Positions 27,526-38,345 of a DNA stretch of 64,000 nucleotides are shown here, in pieces. This stretch comes from a bacterium. Its GTDB lineage: Bacteria > Hydrothermota > Tepidihabitantia > Tepidihabitantales > Tepidihabitantaceae. The stretch is taken from assembly GCA_046485285.1 (NCBI GenBank), contig JAWOHE010000021.1:994-64993 (forward strand), read 5' to 3'. Each line of letters begins with the position of its first letter. Position 1 is the stretch's first letter. The notes below the pieces were generated by a model that worked only from the letters and a program-made list of their open reading frames with translations, had not been told where the DNA came from and did no database searches. Made by a program: the position numbers and the translations under genes.

Positions 27526-28554
27526 TCAGTCTCTGTCCCCGTCCGGCGCGGTGCGCAGGCTCTCGATCGCCCGATTGAGCATCCGGCGAACTTGGTTCGC
27601 CTCGCGGTAGGCCGGCCCGTACTCGCCAGCGGTGACCCGGACCCGCACCCGGACCTGGAGTTCCATCGCTCGGGCGAACAGCCGGCGCGACTCCTCACTG
27701 CCCTCACTCGTCACAATGTCCTGCCACTCGGCGATGAGCCGGTCGTTATCGGCCGCCGCGGCCTCGGCAAGCTCCGGGTCGGCCTCGCCTTTCGCCCTTT
27801 CCCAGGCCCGGAGCAGGAGGTTGCGGGACGCGAGCGAGAGCCGCAGCGCCTGTTCGAGATGCCCCTTGCCCTCGGCCTCGCGCGCCTGCAGTTGCAGGGC
27901 CTCGGCCCGGGCGAGTAGCTCGCGGATGGGGCTCCTGCCCGACGACCGGCCGATTTCCTCGCGCGCCCGGGCGAGCAGCTCGTCGGTCCGGTCGAGTTCG
28001 AACCGGACCCGCTCCCAGCCGCCCCGGCGCCGGACCTTCGCGAGCCCCTCGCGGACGTGGAGCCGGGCCGCGCGTGCGAACCGGAGCGCGAGCGCATAGC
28101 GCCGCTCGCCGAGGTAGCGCCGGGCGGTCTCGAGCTCGCCCTCGGCCAGCCGGAGCATCTCCTCGGCCGCCCTGATGCCCGAGCCGCGGATGACCGGCCC
28201 GGCCTCGCTGACCAGCTCCGCGGCGAGCCGGATCTCCTCTGCGACTTTCTCCGGGTCGACCTCGACCAGCTCGATTGCCTTCCTGACCCGGACCCGGGCC
28301 TGCATCGTGCCGTTCCGGGCCTGGCGCCAGCGGCGCTCGCGGAACTGCCTCCAGGCGTCGCGCTGGAGGTCCTTCGCCCCGACCAGCAGGCTCGTCGCCT
28401 CCGGGTTCGCGGCCTCGACGATTACCGGCTCGGCCCGCTCGATGAGCTGGTCGGTCTTCTCGAGCTCGGCCTGGGCGTTCCGGGCCTCGTCGCCGCCCTG
28501 GGCCATTGCCAGCGCGGCGGTGATGATGAGTACTGCAATGACTCGTGTTTTCAT
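27526..28554 (-). CDS. Secreted all-alpha repeat protein, unknown function
   Basis: ATG 28554 follows AAGGAGG. Signal MKTRVIAVLIITAALAMAQG. Four ~75-aa Ala/Arg/Glu-rich helical repeats, each starting like (T/N)D(Q/E/R)L(I/L)xRA... Confidence 0.7.
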   Translation of the reverse strand: MKTRVIAVLIITAALAMAQGGDEARNAQAELEKTDQLIERAEPVIVEAANPEATSLLVGAKDLQRDAWRQFRERRWRQARNGTMQARVRVRKAIELVEVDPEKVAEEIRLAAELVSEAGPVIRGSGIRAAEEMLRLAEGELETARRYLGERRYALALRFARAARLHVREGLAKVRRRGGWERVRFELDRTDELLARAREEIGRSSGRSPIRELLARAEALQLQAREAEGKGHLEQALRLSLASRNLLLRAWERAKGEADPELAEAAAADNDRLIAEWQDIVTSEGSEESRRLFARAMELQVRVRVRVTAGEYGPAYREANQVRRMLNRAIESLRTAPDGDRD

Positions 28555-28568
28555 AACGCCTCCTTTAA

Positions 28569-28584
28569 TGCAACGTCCGTGCCG
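28569..28584 (-). promoter_or_regulatory. Sigma54 (-24/-12) promoter candidate
   Basis: Minus strand reads cGGCACGGACGTTGCAt against the consensus TGGCACG-N4-TTGCW, with correct GG-to-GC spacing. It sits 15 nt upstream of ATG 28554 and directly downstream of a sigma54-dependent activator gene. Confidence 0.6.
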
Positions 28585-28669
28585 CGGGCTAACTGACTGA
28601 TAGAGCGTCGCTTGGCGCGCGGGCCCCGGGCGCTAGCCGCACCGCCCGGTTCAACCTGCGCGCCCCGGT

Positions 28670-29937
<1,268 letters not shown>

Positions 29938-29941
<4 letters not shown>

Positions 29942-31203
29942 GCTGCGCCTCCCTTCGCCGGCAGGCTCACCTCGATCTCGGCTCCGGGCCGGCCCGGGTT
30001 GGCGAGCCGCACCCGGCCACCGTGGGCCTCGACGATCCGGCGCACGACGAACAGCCCGAGCCCGCTCCCCTTCTCCCGGGTCGTGAAGAACGGCTCGAAC
30101 ATCCGCCGCGCGGTCCGCTCGTCCACCCCGGGACCGTCGTCCGTCACCCTCAGCACCACCTCACCGCGCCTGGCCCGGGCGCCGAACAGCACCCGGCCGC
30201 CGCCGGGCTGGGCCTGTACGCCGTTCAGCCCGAGGTTGAGCAGGACCTGACGGAGCTCGTCCCGCGCGCCCGCCACCGGCGGCAGGCCCTGTTCCGCCTC
30301 CGCGGCGACCGCCACCCCGCTCCGCGCTGCCTCGACCGCGAGTGAGTGGGCAACCTCGCGGACGAGCTCGCCGGCGTCGATGGGCTCGGCGTCGCCGGGC
30401 CGCGACCGACTGATGCCGAGGTAGTTCGCCACGACCCGGTCGAGCCGGTCCACCTCGTCCTCGATGTAACCGAACTTCGGGTCGGCGCCGCCCGCGCCGT
30501 ACTGCTTGCGGAGCCGCTCGGCGGTCGAGCGAATCGTCGCCAGCGGGTTACGGACCTCGTGCGCCATCGCGGCCGCCATCTGGCCCGCGAGCGCCAGCCG
30601 GCTCGCCCGCGCCGCCGCCTGCTCGACCCGGAGCGCGTGGCGCGCCAGGCTTGCCGAGGCCAGCACGATGCCGGCGATCGCGATGCAGCTCACCACGTTG
30701 ACCAGCGCGAGCCCGCGCCGGAAGTCGGCCAGCGTCGCGAAGAAACGCGCGTCCGCCTCGACCCCGAGCGCCGCGCCGACCGCGCCGGTCGAGTCATCGA
30801 GCGGCGCGTAGGCGCTCTTGAGATAGAGCCGGCCCGCGCGAAGGACCGGCGACTGGCCGGGCACGCCCGCCAGCGCGGCGTAGAGCCCGGCCCGGTCCGC
30901 CGCGACGCCGGCGCCGGACGAGTCGTCGGCGAGGCTCAGCCGGACGGCGAGCCCCTCGTCGACGATGAAGATGTTGAGAAGCCCGTTCTCGGCCCGCACC
31001 TCGCGCAGCAGCCGCTCCGCGCCGGGCGTGTCCCATCGCCCGCCGAGCGCCGCCGAGAGCGTCGTCGCGACCGCCTCGAGCCGCGCGCCCAGCTCCTGCT
31101 CGAACGCCCGCGACGTCCGCTCGAGCGCCCACCAGCCCTGCGCGTTGAGGACCAGCACCGCCGCAGCCGCCAGCACCGACGCCCAGACCGCGTACCTTCG
31201 CAT
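29938..31203 (-). CDS. Sensor histidine kinase
   Basis: N-terminal TM/periplasmic region. H-box MAHEVRNPLATI. HATPase_c boxes (LLNLGLNGVQA, VTDDGPGV, GSGLGLFVV). Stop overlaps the regulator start. Confidence 0.88.
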
Positions 31204-31206
31204 CCG

Positions 31207-31839
31207 CTAACTGCCGCCGACCGCCGAGGTGTCGAAGTAGTCCACCCGCCCGATGCCGAAAGGATAGCTCGCGACCAGCCGCAGGTCCTCGGACTGCTCG
31301 ATGCCGATCAGCGAGACCGAGTCAATCAGCCCGAGCGTGCGGCCGAGTCGGTTTGCCTCGGTCAGCGCCTCGATTCTCCGGTCCGGGTCCGACACCCGCC
31401 CGATGACGAGGACCGGCTCGGGCGGCGGCTCGCCGGTAAGCGACGGCCCGGGTGAGGCGCCGAGCATCCGTCGCTGGAGCGCGGCGAGTCCCTCCTGGCC
31501 GGTCGCGACCGGGCAGACGAGCCTGTCGCCGACCTCGACACAGCGCAGGAAGGTGACCGCGACCGGCGGCTGGCGCCGCCGGGCCTGACTCAGGAAGGCG
31601 GAGACCGACTCAAGCTCGTCGAGCGTCGCCGGCCGGAACGCCGGGACGATCGCGATGTAGGGCCGGGTCTGGTAGAACCGCGGGTCGTACTTCTCCCGCA
31701 GGAGCTGGATTTCCTCCTGATTGTCCAGCTTCGGCAATGCGGCTACGCAGTACTCCAACACGCTCAACAACTGTATGTTACCACACAGGACCGGACTTGA
31801 CAAGACCCGGCGCGGCTCGATAATTGCCGGCAACTTCAT
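31207..31839 (-). CDS. Hypothetical protein, first gene of the kinase/regulator operon
   Basis: Host-like codon bias. Ends 3 nt before the kinase start. The start is uncertain: ATG 31839 is chosen, GTG 31761 and the track start 31923 are alternatives. No family recognised. Confidence 0.5.
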   Translation of the reverse strand: MKLPAIIEPRRVLSSPVLCGNIQLLSVLEYCVAALPKLDNQEEIQLLREKYDPRFYQTRPYIAIVPAFRPATLDELESVSAFLSQARRRQPPVAVTFLRCVEVGDRLVCPVATGQEGLAALQRRMLGASPGPSLTGEPPPEPVLVIGRVSDPDRRIEALTEANRLGRTLGLIDSVSLIGIEQSEDLRLVASYPFGIGRVDYFDTSAVGGS

Positions 31840-31852
31840 AAGGAGGCTCGCA

Positions 31853-32626
31853 GTGAACTGTCGCCGCTTGGTGCTTCTCGCGCTCGTCGCGATTTTCTCC
31901 GGCTGTCCGAAGCAGGTAACCATCCCGGTCCCCGACTACGACATTCTCGTCGCTCGCGACGGCTCGGGCGACCACCGCTCGGTCCAGGAGGCGGTCGAAG
32001 CGGCCCGCCCGGGCGAGGTCATCTACGTCAAGGCCGGTACCTACCCGGGCGCGGTCGAGATCGAAACCGACCGCATCACCTTGCTCGGCGCCGGCCCGGG
32101 CAGGGCGGTCATCGACGCCGGTGACGAGTACGCCGCGCTCACCCTTGAAGGCGGCTCCTGCGCTGTCAGCGGCTTCACGATCGAGAACGCGTCTTCGCAC
32201 GGGGTCTACGTCAAGAGCGGCGACAACAGGATCAGCCGCTGTCTCGTCGTCGGCAACGGCGACCGGGGCATCTACTTCTCGAGTTTTGGCGGCGACCCTT
32301 CGGCCGAGGTCGATCACTGCACCATCACCGACAATGAAGTATCCGGCATCTACATCCCGGCCGGCAACGACGAAACCGCCATCACCAACTGCGTCGTCGC
32401 CTTCAACAGCCGTGGAATCGTCAGCGACGTCGAGTTTGAGGGAATGAGGGTGGACCACAACTGCGTCCACGCCGACGGTGACGGCTTCGACCGGGTTGCC
32501 CGGGGCCGGGGCAACATCGAGCAGGACCCGAGGTTCGTCAACCGCGCCGGCGGCGACTACCGACTCCAGAAGGATTCGCCCTGCATCGGATCGGCCGGCG
32601 ACGGTACGGACATCGGCTGCTTCTAG
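31853..32626 (+). CDS. Lipoprotein with right-handed parallel beta-helix repeats (pectin-lyase fold)
   Basis: GTG 31853 follows AGGAGG. MNCRRLVLLALVAIFSGC has lipobox FSGC. VARDGSGDHRSVQEAVEAARPGEVIYVKAGTYPG is followed by repeated xGIYxxxxxxxxIxxCxV turns. Confidence 0.75.
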   Translation: MNCRRLVLLALVAIFSGCPKQVTIPVPDYDILVARDGSGDHRSVQEAVEAARPGEVIYVKAGTYPGAVEIETDRITLLGAGPGRAVIDAGDEYAALTLEGGSCAVSGFTIENASSHGVYVKSGDNRISRCLVVGNGDRGIYFSSFGGDPSAEVDHCTITDNEVSGIYIPAGNDETAITNCVVAFNSRGIVSDVEFEGMRVDHNCVHADGDGFDRVARGRGNIEQDPRFVNRAGGDYRLQKDSPCIGSAGDGTDIGCF

Positions 32627-33067
32627 CCTTCGCACTGCGCGGCCAAGCCTGCCCGCAACGGCCCGGATGTGAACTGACGGCACAGCCCGACGCGCCGTCG
32701 TCGCTAACGCACTGATAGTATTAGCCTTATGCAATATCGCCTGCATTCGCCCGCCGCCGAAGAGACTCGCTGTCCCCTTCACCCGGGCTAGCGACACCCG
32801 ATGCCCGGGCCACCCATGACGCCATAACATGCTGACAGCAAACCTGTTAGCTCGCCGGCGACCCCTCTACGGCGCTAAGGCCATATCCAATGGGGACTTG
32901 TGGCGACAAAACTGCTTCCGGACGCGGCCCGTAGGGGGGGTGCGGCCCATAACCGAACCGCTGTCAAGCACCTGCGGACTGCACGAGTTTGCTAAACACA
33001 AACATAAGTATGTCAAGCGTATCTAAGTGGCTGACCTGATTGGTGTTACGGATTTCGACACGCTTTC

Positions 33068-33095
33068 TTGACAGCCCCTATGGGGGTGCTACCCT
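33068..33095 (+). promoter_or_regulatory. Sigma70-type promoter inside the 700-bp non-coding gap
   Basis: TTGACA (33068-33073), 16-nt spacer, TACCCT (33090-33095). Confidence 0.4.
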
Positions 33096-33101
33096 GATAG
33101 C

Positions 33102-33273
33102 GGTAGCGTTGACGGTTTCTCCGTTGACCTCTCTACCCACAATCTGGGTTTTCGGAATTGGGCGGACCGAACGGTTCCCGGACCGCTCTTCCGCGGACTT
33201 GATTCGCGGCCTTCACAGGAACCATGACCTCTTTTGTTGAGACGCCCCGGCTTCGGCCGGGGCGTTGTTCTTG
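33102..33273 (+). ncRNA. Candidate ~170-nt small RNA of unknown class
   Basis: Lies between the 33068-33095 promoter and a strong terminator: ACGCCCCGGC-TTCG-GCCGGGGCGT (33242-33265) followed by TGTTCTTG. The terminator is 600 nt after the previous gene's stop, so it is unlikely to belong to that gene. Local hairpins include CCGCG-GACTTGATT-CGCGG. No credible ORF. Confidence 0.3.
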
Positions 33274-33292
33274 CATCGCGCCGGCGTCGGGT

Positions 33293-33322
33293 TTGACAGA
33301 CCCGGCCTGTCTCGTCTAATCT
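33293..33322 (+). promoter_or_regulatory. Sigma70-type promoter abutting the PAP2 start (leaderless candidate)
   Basis: TTGACA (33293-33298), 18-nt spacer, TAATCT (33317-33322), then 5 nt to ATG 33328. Confidence 0.45.
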
Positions 33323-33327
33323 TAGAG

Positions 33328-33978
33328 ATGCTCAGCCGCCCCGCGCTGCGCCGGATCCTGTTCGCGGTCGGCGTCGCAGTCGCGCTCGCCGTCTGCTACT
33401 TCTTCCTCGACCGGCCGCTCGCCCGCGCCGCCGAGCGCATCCCGGCCGGCTTGAACCCGTTCTTTCACGGGCTCAGCGCGTTCGCCGGCCTGCCGGTCGC
33501 GTTCCTCGCCGGCGCTGTGATGGTCGTGATGTTCTTCATTCGGGCGTACGGCCGCGACCTGCCCCGCCGCCCGATGGTCCCGCTCATCTACCTGCCGGCC
33601 GCCGCGCTCACCGCGTCGCTCTCGGCCGAGCTTGTCAAGATCGTCCTCGCCCGCTACCGCCCGGGCCTGCTTATCGACGCCGGGCTCTACGGCTTCGCGT
33701 TCTGGAAGGCCGGCTACTGGTTCAACTCCTTCCCCTCCGGCCACGCAGCGGTAGCGTTCGCGCTCGCCGGCGCGCTTGCGCTCGCGTTTCCGCGCTGGCG
33801 CGGCCGCGCGTTCGCGCTCGCCGGGCTCGTTGCGGCAAGCCGCGTTGTCCTCAACCTTCACTACCTGTCCGATGTCATCGCCGGCGCGCTGCTCGGCCTA
33901 GGCTGGGCGCGCCTCTATCGACGGCTGTTCGCCCGCTTCTCGCTCCCGGTCAACCCCAAGGAGGCAGCAAGTGACTGA
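33328..33978 (+). CDS. PAP2-family phosphatase (membrane)
   Basis: Three PAP2 motifs: KIVLARYRP, FPSGHAA, SRVVLNLHYLSD. Several TM helices. ATG 33328 chosen (MLSRPALRR...). Confidence 0.85.
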   Translation: MLSRPALRRILFAVGVAVALAVCYFFLDRPLARAAERIPAGLNPFFHGLSAFAGLPVAFLAGAVMVVMFFIRAYGRDLPRRPMVPLIYLPAAALTASLSAELVKIVLARYRPGLLIDAGLYGFAFWKAGYWFNSFPSGHAAVAFALAGALALAFPRWRGRAFALAGLVAASRVVLNLHYLSDVIAGALLGLGWARLYRRLFARFSLPVNPKEAASD

Positions 33979-34477
33979 ATTCCGTTCCGTCAAACCGACC
34001 GAGCTTCGCGACAACCCCTTCAAGCTCATCGGCGAAGACTGGATGCTCATCACCGCCGGCACGCTCGAAGGCTGGAACACGATGACCGCGAGCTGGGGCG
34101 GGCTCGGCATCCTCTGGCGCCGGCCGGTCGCCTTCGCCTTCATCCGGCCGACGCGCCACACCTTCGGCTTCGTCGAATGCCACGAGCGCTTCACGCTCTG
34201 CTTCTTCGCCGAGGAATGGCGCGACGCGCTCACCCTCTGCGGCACGAAGTCCGGCCGCGACACCGACAAGGCGAAGGAGACCGGGCTCGTGCCGGTCGCC
34301 GGGCCGCTCGGCACCGTCGTCTTCGACCAGGCCCGGCTCGCGCTCGTCTGCCGCAAGCTCCACGCCCAGGACCTCGACCCGGTCCACTTCATCGAGCCGG
34401 CCGTCCACGACGAGTACCCGAATAAGGACTACCACCGCGCCTATGTCGGCGAGGTTGAACGTTGCCTCGTCCGCTGA
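33971..34477 (+). CDS. Flavin reductase-like (FMN-binding split-barrel) protein
   Basis: 168 aa with NPFKLIGEDWMLITAG...NTMTASWGGLGILWRRPVAFAFIRPTRHT, typical of the flavin reductase family. Overlaps neighbours at both ends. Confidence 0.75.
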   Translation: MTEFRSVKPTELRDNPFKLIGEDWMLITAGTLEGWNTMTASWGGLGILWRRPVAFAFIRPTRHTFGFVECHERFTLCFFAEEWRDALTLCGTKSGRDTDKAKETGLVPVAGPLGTVVFDQARLALVCRKLHAQDLDPVHFIEPAVHDEYPNKDYHRAYVGEVERCLVR

Positions 34478-35190
34478 CCCCGCCCGACACCCTGAGCCGC
34501 CTGCTCGGCGCGGTTGACGGCGGCCGGGTCCTCGACGTCGCCACCCGCCGCGGCGACTTCATCGGCCTGCTGGCCGCCAGCCTCCGCAGTCACGCCGGTT
34601 TCGCCGGCATCGACACCGATTCCGAGGCGCTGGCCGAGGCCCGGCGCGCGCACCCCGACGCACAATTCGAGCGCGCCGACGCCGCGAGCCTGCCCTTCCC
34701 GGACGCGGACTTCGACACCGTCGCGATCGCAAACTCCCTCCACCACCTCCCCGACCTCCCGGCCGCGTTCCGCGAGATGAAGCGCGTCCTGCGCCCAGGC
34801 GGCGCGTTCGTCGTCCGGGAGATGTACCGCGACGGGCAGGACGAGGCCCGGCTCACCCACGTTCTCGCCCACGACTGGTGGGCCGAGGTCAACACCCGGT
34901 CCGGCGAGAGCCACCGCCCGAGCTACACCCGTGCCGAGGTCCTCGCGCTGGTCGTCGGTCTCGGGCTGGCCGACCTGGCGACCGATGACCTCGTCCCCGG
35001 CGGCGACCCGCTCGACCCTGAGAGCATCGAAGTCTTCGCCCGACGAAACCGCGAGGTACTCAGGAAATTGCGCGGTGCGGCCGACTACGCCGCCCACGAG
35101 GCCCGCTGCGAAGCACTCATCGCTCGCGCCCGTGCGGTCGGCATCCTCTCGCCCGCCGCGGTAATCGCCGTCGGCCGCAATCCGGTCTGA
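34462..35190 (+). CDS. Class I SAM-dependent methyltransferase
   Basis: Motif I VLDVATRRGDF. Post-I FDTVAIANSLHHLPD. LRPGGAFVVREM. Confidence 0.8.
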   Translation: MPRPLTPPDTLSRLLGAVDGGRVLDVATRRGDFIGLLAASLRSHAGFAGIDTDSEALAEARRAHPDAQFERADAASLPFPDADFDTVAIANSLHHLPDLPAAFREMKRVLRPGGAFVVREMYRDGQDEARLTHVLAHDWWAEVNTRSGESHRPSYTRAEVLALVVGLGLADLATDDLVPGGDPLDPESIEVFARRNREVLRKLRGAADYAAHEARCEALIARARAVGILSPAAVIAVGRNPV

Positions 35191-35445
35191 CCGGCCGCTG
35201 CCCGGGCCGCTGGGCATCGCCCCGCACCGTACTCCGCTCCCCTGTTAGATGCCGCCGGCCGCGCGGGCGGCCGGTTCGCCCCACGTCCGCAATGGCGCTT
35301 TCGGGCCTCACTGCCAGGACGCCGCTCCGGCCACCGGGGCAGGGCCCGGCCGCGCCGCCCTCCGCGACTCAGTCCTTGCCGGACCGGGAAGGCGGCCCGG
35401 ACTGGGCTGACGTCGACGCCGAACGCGAAGCCCGGCCGTCCGGGC

Positions 35446-36882
35446 TCAGTTGGCAGGGGACTGCCGACCTCGGCGGTTCGCCACCGCGCGCCGGGCCAGC
35501 CAGCCGGCAATCGCCTCGAGCGCGGCGGGCGCGATCGTCTCCTCGATCTGCGCGTACTCCTGGACCGCGCCGGTCCGCGCGGTCTGAAGCAGGTGGTTGA
35601 GCCCGGGCAGTTCCGTCACGGTGTGGTCGCGGTTGCCGCCCGCCTTGAGCGCCGCCTCGATGGCGGGGAGGTTCTGGGCGGCCGGCGCCTGGAGGTCCTT
35701 CGAGCCGGTCAGCGCGAGGACCGGGACCTTGACCCGGCGGAGGTCACGCGCCGGATCGTGGTCGATGAAGAACCGGAACCACGGTGACGCCAGCGCCCGG
35801 ACCTGGGCCGCTACCGCGGCCGGCGCGAGCTCGGCGGCAAGCTCGGTGCGGACCCCCGGGCTCATCGCCGCGAGCTCGTCCTCGAACGCCCGTTTGAGCA
35901 CACCGACCAGCGACTCCGGCGCGAGGCCCCGGCGGACGACCGCGAACAGCCGCTCCTGGAGTCGCCGGTTGGCCTCCACCGCCGCGTCGGTCGCCCCGCC
36001 AACCCGCATCAGCAGCTCGCCCTGTGCGGCAAGCAGCCTCCCGCCCGGCACGCCGGTCCCGGCGAGCAGGACCACGAAGTCCGGACCGCCGGCCCGCGCG
36101 CCGAGCATCGCCGCAATCAGCGCGCCCTCGCTGTGGCCGATTATGCCGACCCGGCCCGGCGCGACCTCGGGCCTCGCCCGCAGCCAGTCGAGCGCGGCCT
36201 GCGCGTCGAGCGCGAAGTCCTCGCTCGTCGCGTCGGACGGGTCGCCGGTCGTGCCGCCGACGCCACGGTCGTCACAGCGCAGGACGGCGAATCCCTGGCG
36301 GGTCAGGTGGTCGGCCAGCACCAGGAACGGTTTGTGGCCGTATATCTCCTCGTCCCGATTCTGCTGGCCCGAGCCGGACACCAGCAGGACCACGGTGAAC
36401 GGGCCCTCGCCCGCGGGCCGGGTCAGCGTGCCGGCGATCGTGCCGGCCGGGCCGCCGAAGGTCACGTCCTCGCTGTCATAGGAGTAGGGCGGTGCCGGCT
36501 CCTGCGGCCGCTCTGCGGCCGGAACGCTGTCGACCCGGGTCAGTTCGAGCGGGAACTCCCCGCCGCCCTGCCGCCACCTGCCGCTGAGCCTGTCGCCCTC
36601 GAGCCGGCCCTCGAAGTTCCCGCCGACAACCGCGACGTCGAGCGTGAGCTTTCCCCCTTTGAACTCCACCCCGGCCACCGGGATGCCGCGCGCGCCCTGG
36701 TCCGGGCTGTCGAGCGTGGCCGACAGTACGCCGTCCTCGCACCTGATATTGAAGGCCACCCTGAGCCGCGCCGCGCCCGCGTCGAGCGTACCCAGCCAGG
36801 TCCCGGTCGGGTCGGCCCGCGAGCAGGTGCCGCCCGCCAGCAGCGCCGCAGCCACGAGAAGGAACATCCGCTTCATCATCAT
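35446..36882 (-). CDS. Secreted alpha/beta hydrolase
   Basis: Starts MMMKRMFLLVAAALLAGGTCS after AAGGGAG. Nucleophile elbow IIGHSEGALIA (GxSxG). The upstream 230 codons of ORF 35446..37572 are antisense to the DUF2284 gene and are rejected. Confidence 0.82.
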   Translation of the reverse strand: MMMKRMFLLVAAALLAGGTCSRADPTGTWLGTLDAGAARLRVAFNIRCEDGVLSATLDSPDQGARGIPVAGVEFKGGKLTLDVAVVGGNFEGRLEGDRLSGRWRQGGGEFPLELTRVDSVPAAERPQEPAPPYSYDSEDVTFGGPAGTIAGTLTRPAGEGPFTVVLLVSGSGQQNRDEEIYGHKPFLVLADHLTRQGFAVLRCDDRGVGGTTGDPSDATSEDFALDAQAALDWLRARPEVAPGRVGIIGHSEGALIAAMLGARAGGPDFVVLLAGTGVPGGRLLAAQGELLMRVGGATDAAVEANRRLQERLFAVVRRGLAPESLVGVLKRAFEDELAAMSPGVRTELAAELAPAAVAAQVRALASPWFRFFIDHDPARDLRRVKVPVLALTGSKDLQAPAAQNLPAIEAALKAGGNRDHTVTELPGLNHLLQTARTGAVQEYAQIEETIAPAALEAIAGWLARRAVANRRGRQSPAN

Positions 36883-37015
36883 CTCCCTTCGTCGGTCAGG
36901 TCTCCGGTACCTCCGGTCCGACTTCATCGTAAGGCAGGATACCGCCTGCCGGGCCGTCGCGCAAGGCCGGCGCGGGACCGCACGTCCCGATGCCGCGCTC
37001 ACTGCCGGCGGGCGG

Positions 37016-37043
37016 TTGACAGCGCTGCGCCGCGGCCTATCCT
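37016..37043 (+). promoter_or_regulatory. Sigma70-type promoter abutting a start codon (leaderless candidate)
   Basis: TTGACA (37016-37021), 16-nt spacer, TATCCT (37038-37043), then 7 nt to ATG 37051. Confidence 0.6.
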
Positions 37044-37050
37044 CGCTGCA

Positions 37051-37590
37051 ATGCTCGCGCGACGTCCGTCCGCCGGTCTCCGCCGCTACGCCGATGCGGC
37101 GCTGGCGGGCGGGGCGTCGGTGGCGAAGCTCGTCCCGGCCAACCGGGTTGTCACCGCCGAGTGGGTCCGGCTCAAGTGCCAGTTCGGCTGTTCGGGCTAC
37201 GGCAAGCGCCTCTTCTGCCCGCCCCGCACCCCGACACCGGCCGGGACGCGCCGGGTCATCGCCGAGTACCGCTGGGCGCTGGTCTATGCCCTTGACCTTC
37301 CCCGGACGCCCGGCCTGCGCCGCAAATGGGCACGGCTGCTCGCCGCGCTCGAGCGCGCCGCGTTTCTCGACGGCCGCTACAAGGCGATCGGTCTCGGCGC
37401 CGGGCCCTGCCGGCTCTGCGCCGCCTGCGACCCCGCCGGCCGGTGCCGGCACCCGGAGACCGCCCGGCCGTCGATGGAGGCCTGCGGCATCGATGTCTAC
37501 GCCACCTGCCGCAACGCCGGCATCAGGCTCGAGGTCGTCACCGGCCGGGAGCAATCCCCGCGCTACGTCCACCTGCTGCTGCTCGAGTAG
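37051..37590 (+). CDS. DUF2284 metal-binding protein
   Basis: 179 aa with WVRLKCQFGCSGYGKRLFCPP and GAGPCRLCAACDPAGRCRHPETARPSMEACGIDVY, Cys-rich motifs as in DUF2284. This is only the 3' part of ORF 36133..37590. Confidence 0.75.
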   Translation: MLARRPSAGLRRYADAALAGGASVAKLVPANRVVTAEWVRLKCQFGCSGYGKRLFCPPRTPTPAGTRRVIAEYRWALVYALDLPRTPGLRRKWARLLAALERAAFLDGRYKAIGLGAGPCRLCAACDPAGRCRHPETARPSMEACGIDVYATCRNAGIRLEVVTGREQSPRYVHLLLLE

Positions 37591-37602
37591 CCCGCCCGCG
37601 CG

Positions 37603-37631
37603 TTGACTCCCGCCCCGCCGGTGCGTAGAAT
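37603..37631 (+). promoter_or_regulatory. Sigma70-type promoter abutting a start codon (leaderless candidate)
   Basis: TTGACT (37603-37608), 17-nt spacer, TAGAAT (37626-37631), then 6 nt to ATG 37638. Confidence 0.6.
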
Positions 37632-37637
37632 CCCGCG

Positions 37638-38345
37638 ATGCACCGGTTCGCCTTCGCGTCGCTCGCGGTCCTGCTCCTCGCCGCGCCTGTCCCTGCCGCC
37701 AACATCCTGCTCAACTCGTCGTTCGAGACCTGGCTCCTCGGTGAGCCGCTCGGCTGGCTGACCTCAAACCTCATCGCCGAGAGTTCGGCAGTGCAGGACC
37801 CGGCCGCCCGCACCGGCGACTGGTGCGCCCGGCTCGGTTCGCCCGACACCCTCGCGTTCGTGGCGACGATGGCCGGCGTCCAGCCCGGCCGGCACTACGG
37901 CTTCAACGGCTGGGCGCGCGTCTCCGCCGTCCTCGGCGGGTCGTTCGCACTCCAGTTCCTGACCGTCGGCCTCGAGCCGATCGGCGACCCGGTCCTGCTG
38001 CCTGCCTACATCTCGGCCGACTACCGCGAGTACGACCAGTGGCTGACCGCCCCGGAAGGCTCCGCGCTCATCGCGGTCTCGTTCGTCGCCCTGCGCGGGG
38101 TGACCGTCCGGGTCGACGACGTCACCCTCGAGGACACCACCGTGCTCGCCATCGAGGGGTCGCCCCCGGCCCTGACCGCCGCGGGTCCACCCAGCCGGCG
38201 CATCCTCGCGACGCCGGCGGTCACCGCCGCGCTCGCCACGGACGCGGTGGTGTTCGACGCCGCGGGCCGCCGGCTCGCCGACCCCCAGGTCATGCGGCCG
38301 TTTCGCGTCTATTTCGTAATCGACCCGCCAAGGAGGATGGAATGA
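37638..38345 (+). CDS. Secreted protein, CBM/jelly-roll-like, with short degenerate T9SS-like tail
   Basis: Signal MHRFAFASLAVLLLAAPVPAA. NILLNSSFETW... resembles CBM4/9-type openings. C-terminus AVVFDAAGRRLADPQVMRPFRVYFV resembles a shortened sorting domain. Confidence 0.6.
   Translation: MHRFAFASLAVLLLAAPVPAANILLNSSFETWLLGEPLGWLTSNLIAESSAVQDPAARTGDWCARLGSPDTLAFVATMAGVQPGRHYGFNGWARVSAVLGGSFALQFLTVGLEPIGDPVLLPAYISADYREYDQWLTAPEGSALIAVSFVALRGVTVRVDDVTLEDTTVLAIEGSPPALTAAGPPSRRILATPAVTAALATDAVVFDAAGRRLADPQVMRPFRVYFVIDPPRRME

Noticed and set aside
31207-31839. 2H phosphoesterase / LigT-like assignment for the gene upstream of the histidine kinase
   Set aside because: The two positions that would hold HxT/S motifs read YIAIV and VLVIG, without histidines. 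The similarity is too weak to call.
33045-33060. tmRNA (ssrA) gene suggested by GTTACGGATTTCGACA
   Set aside because: I could not find a GGGG-type acceptor 5' strand, a complementary 3' strand with a T-arm (GGTTCGAnTCC-like), or a short Ala-rich tag ORF ending in a stop on either strand. I therefore kept it only as an unexplained motif inside finding 32627-33327.
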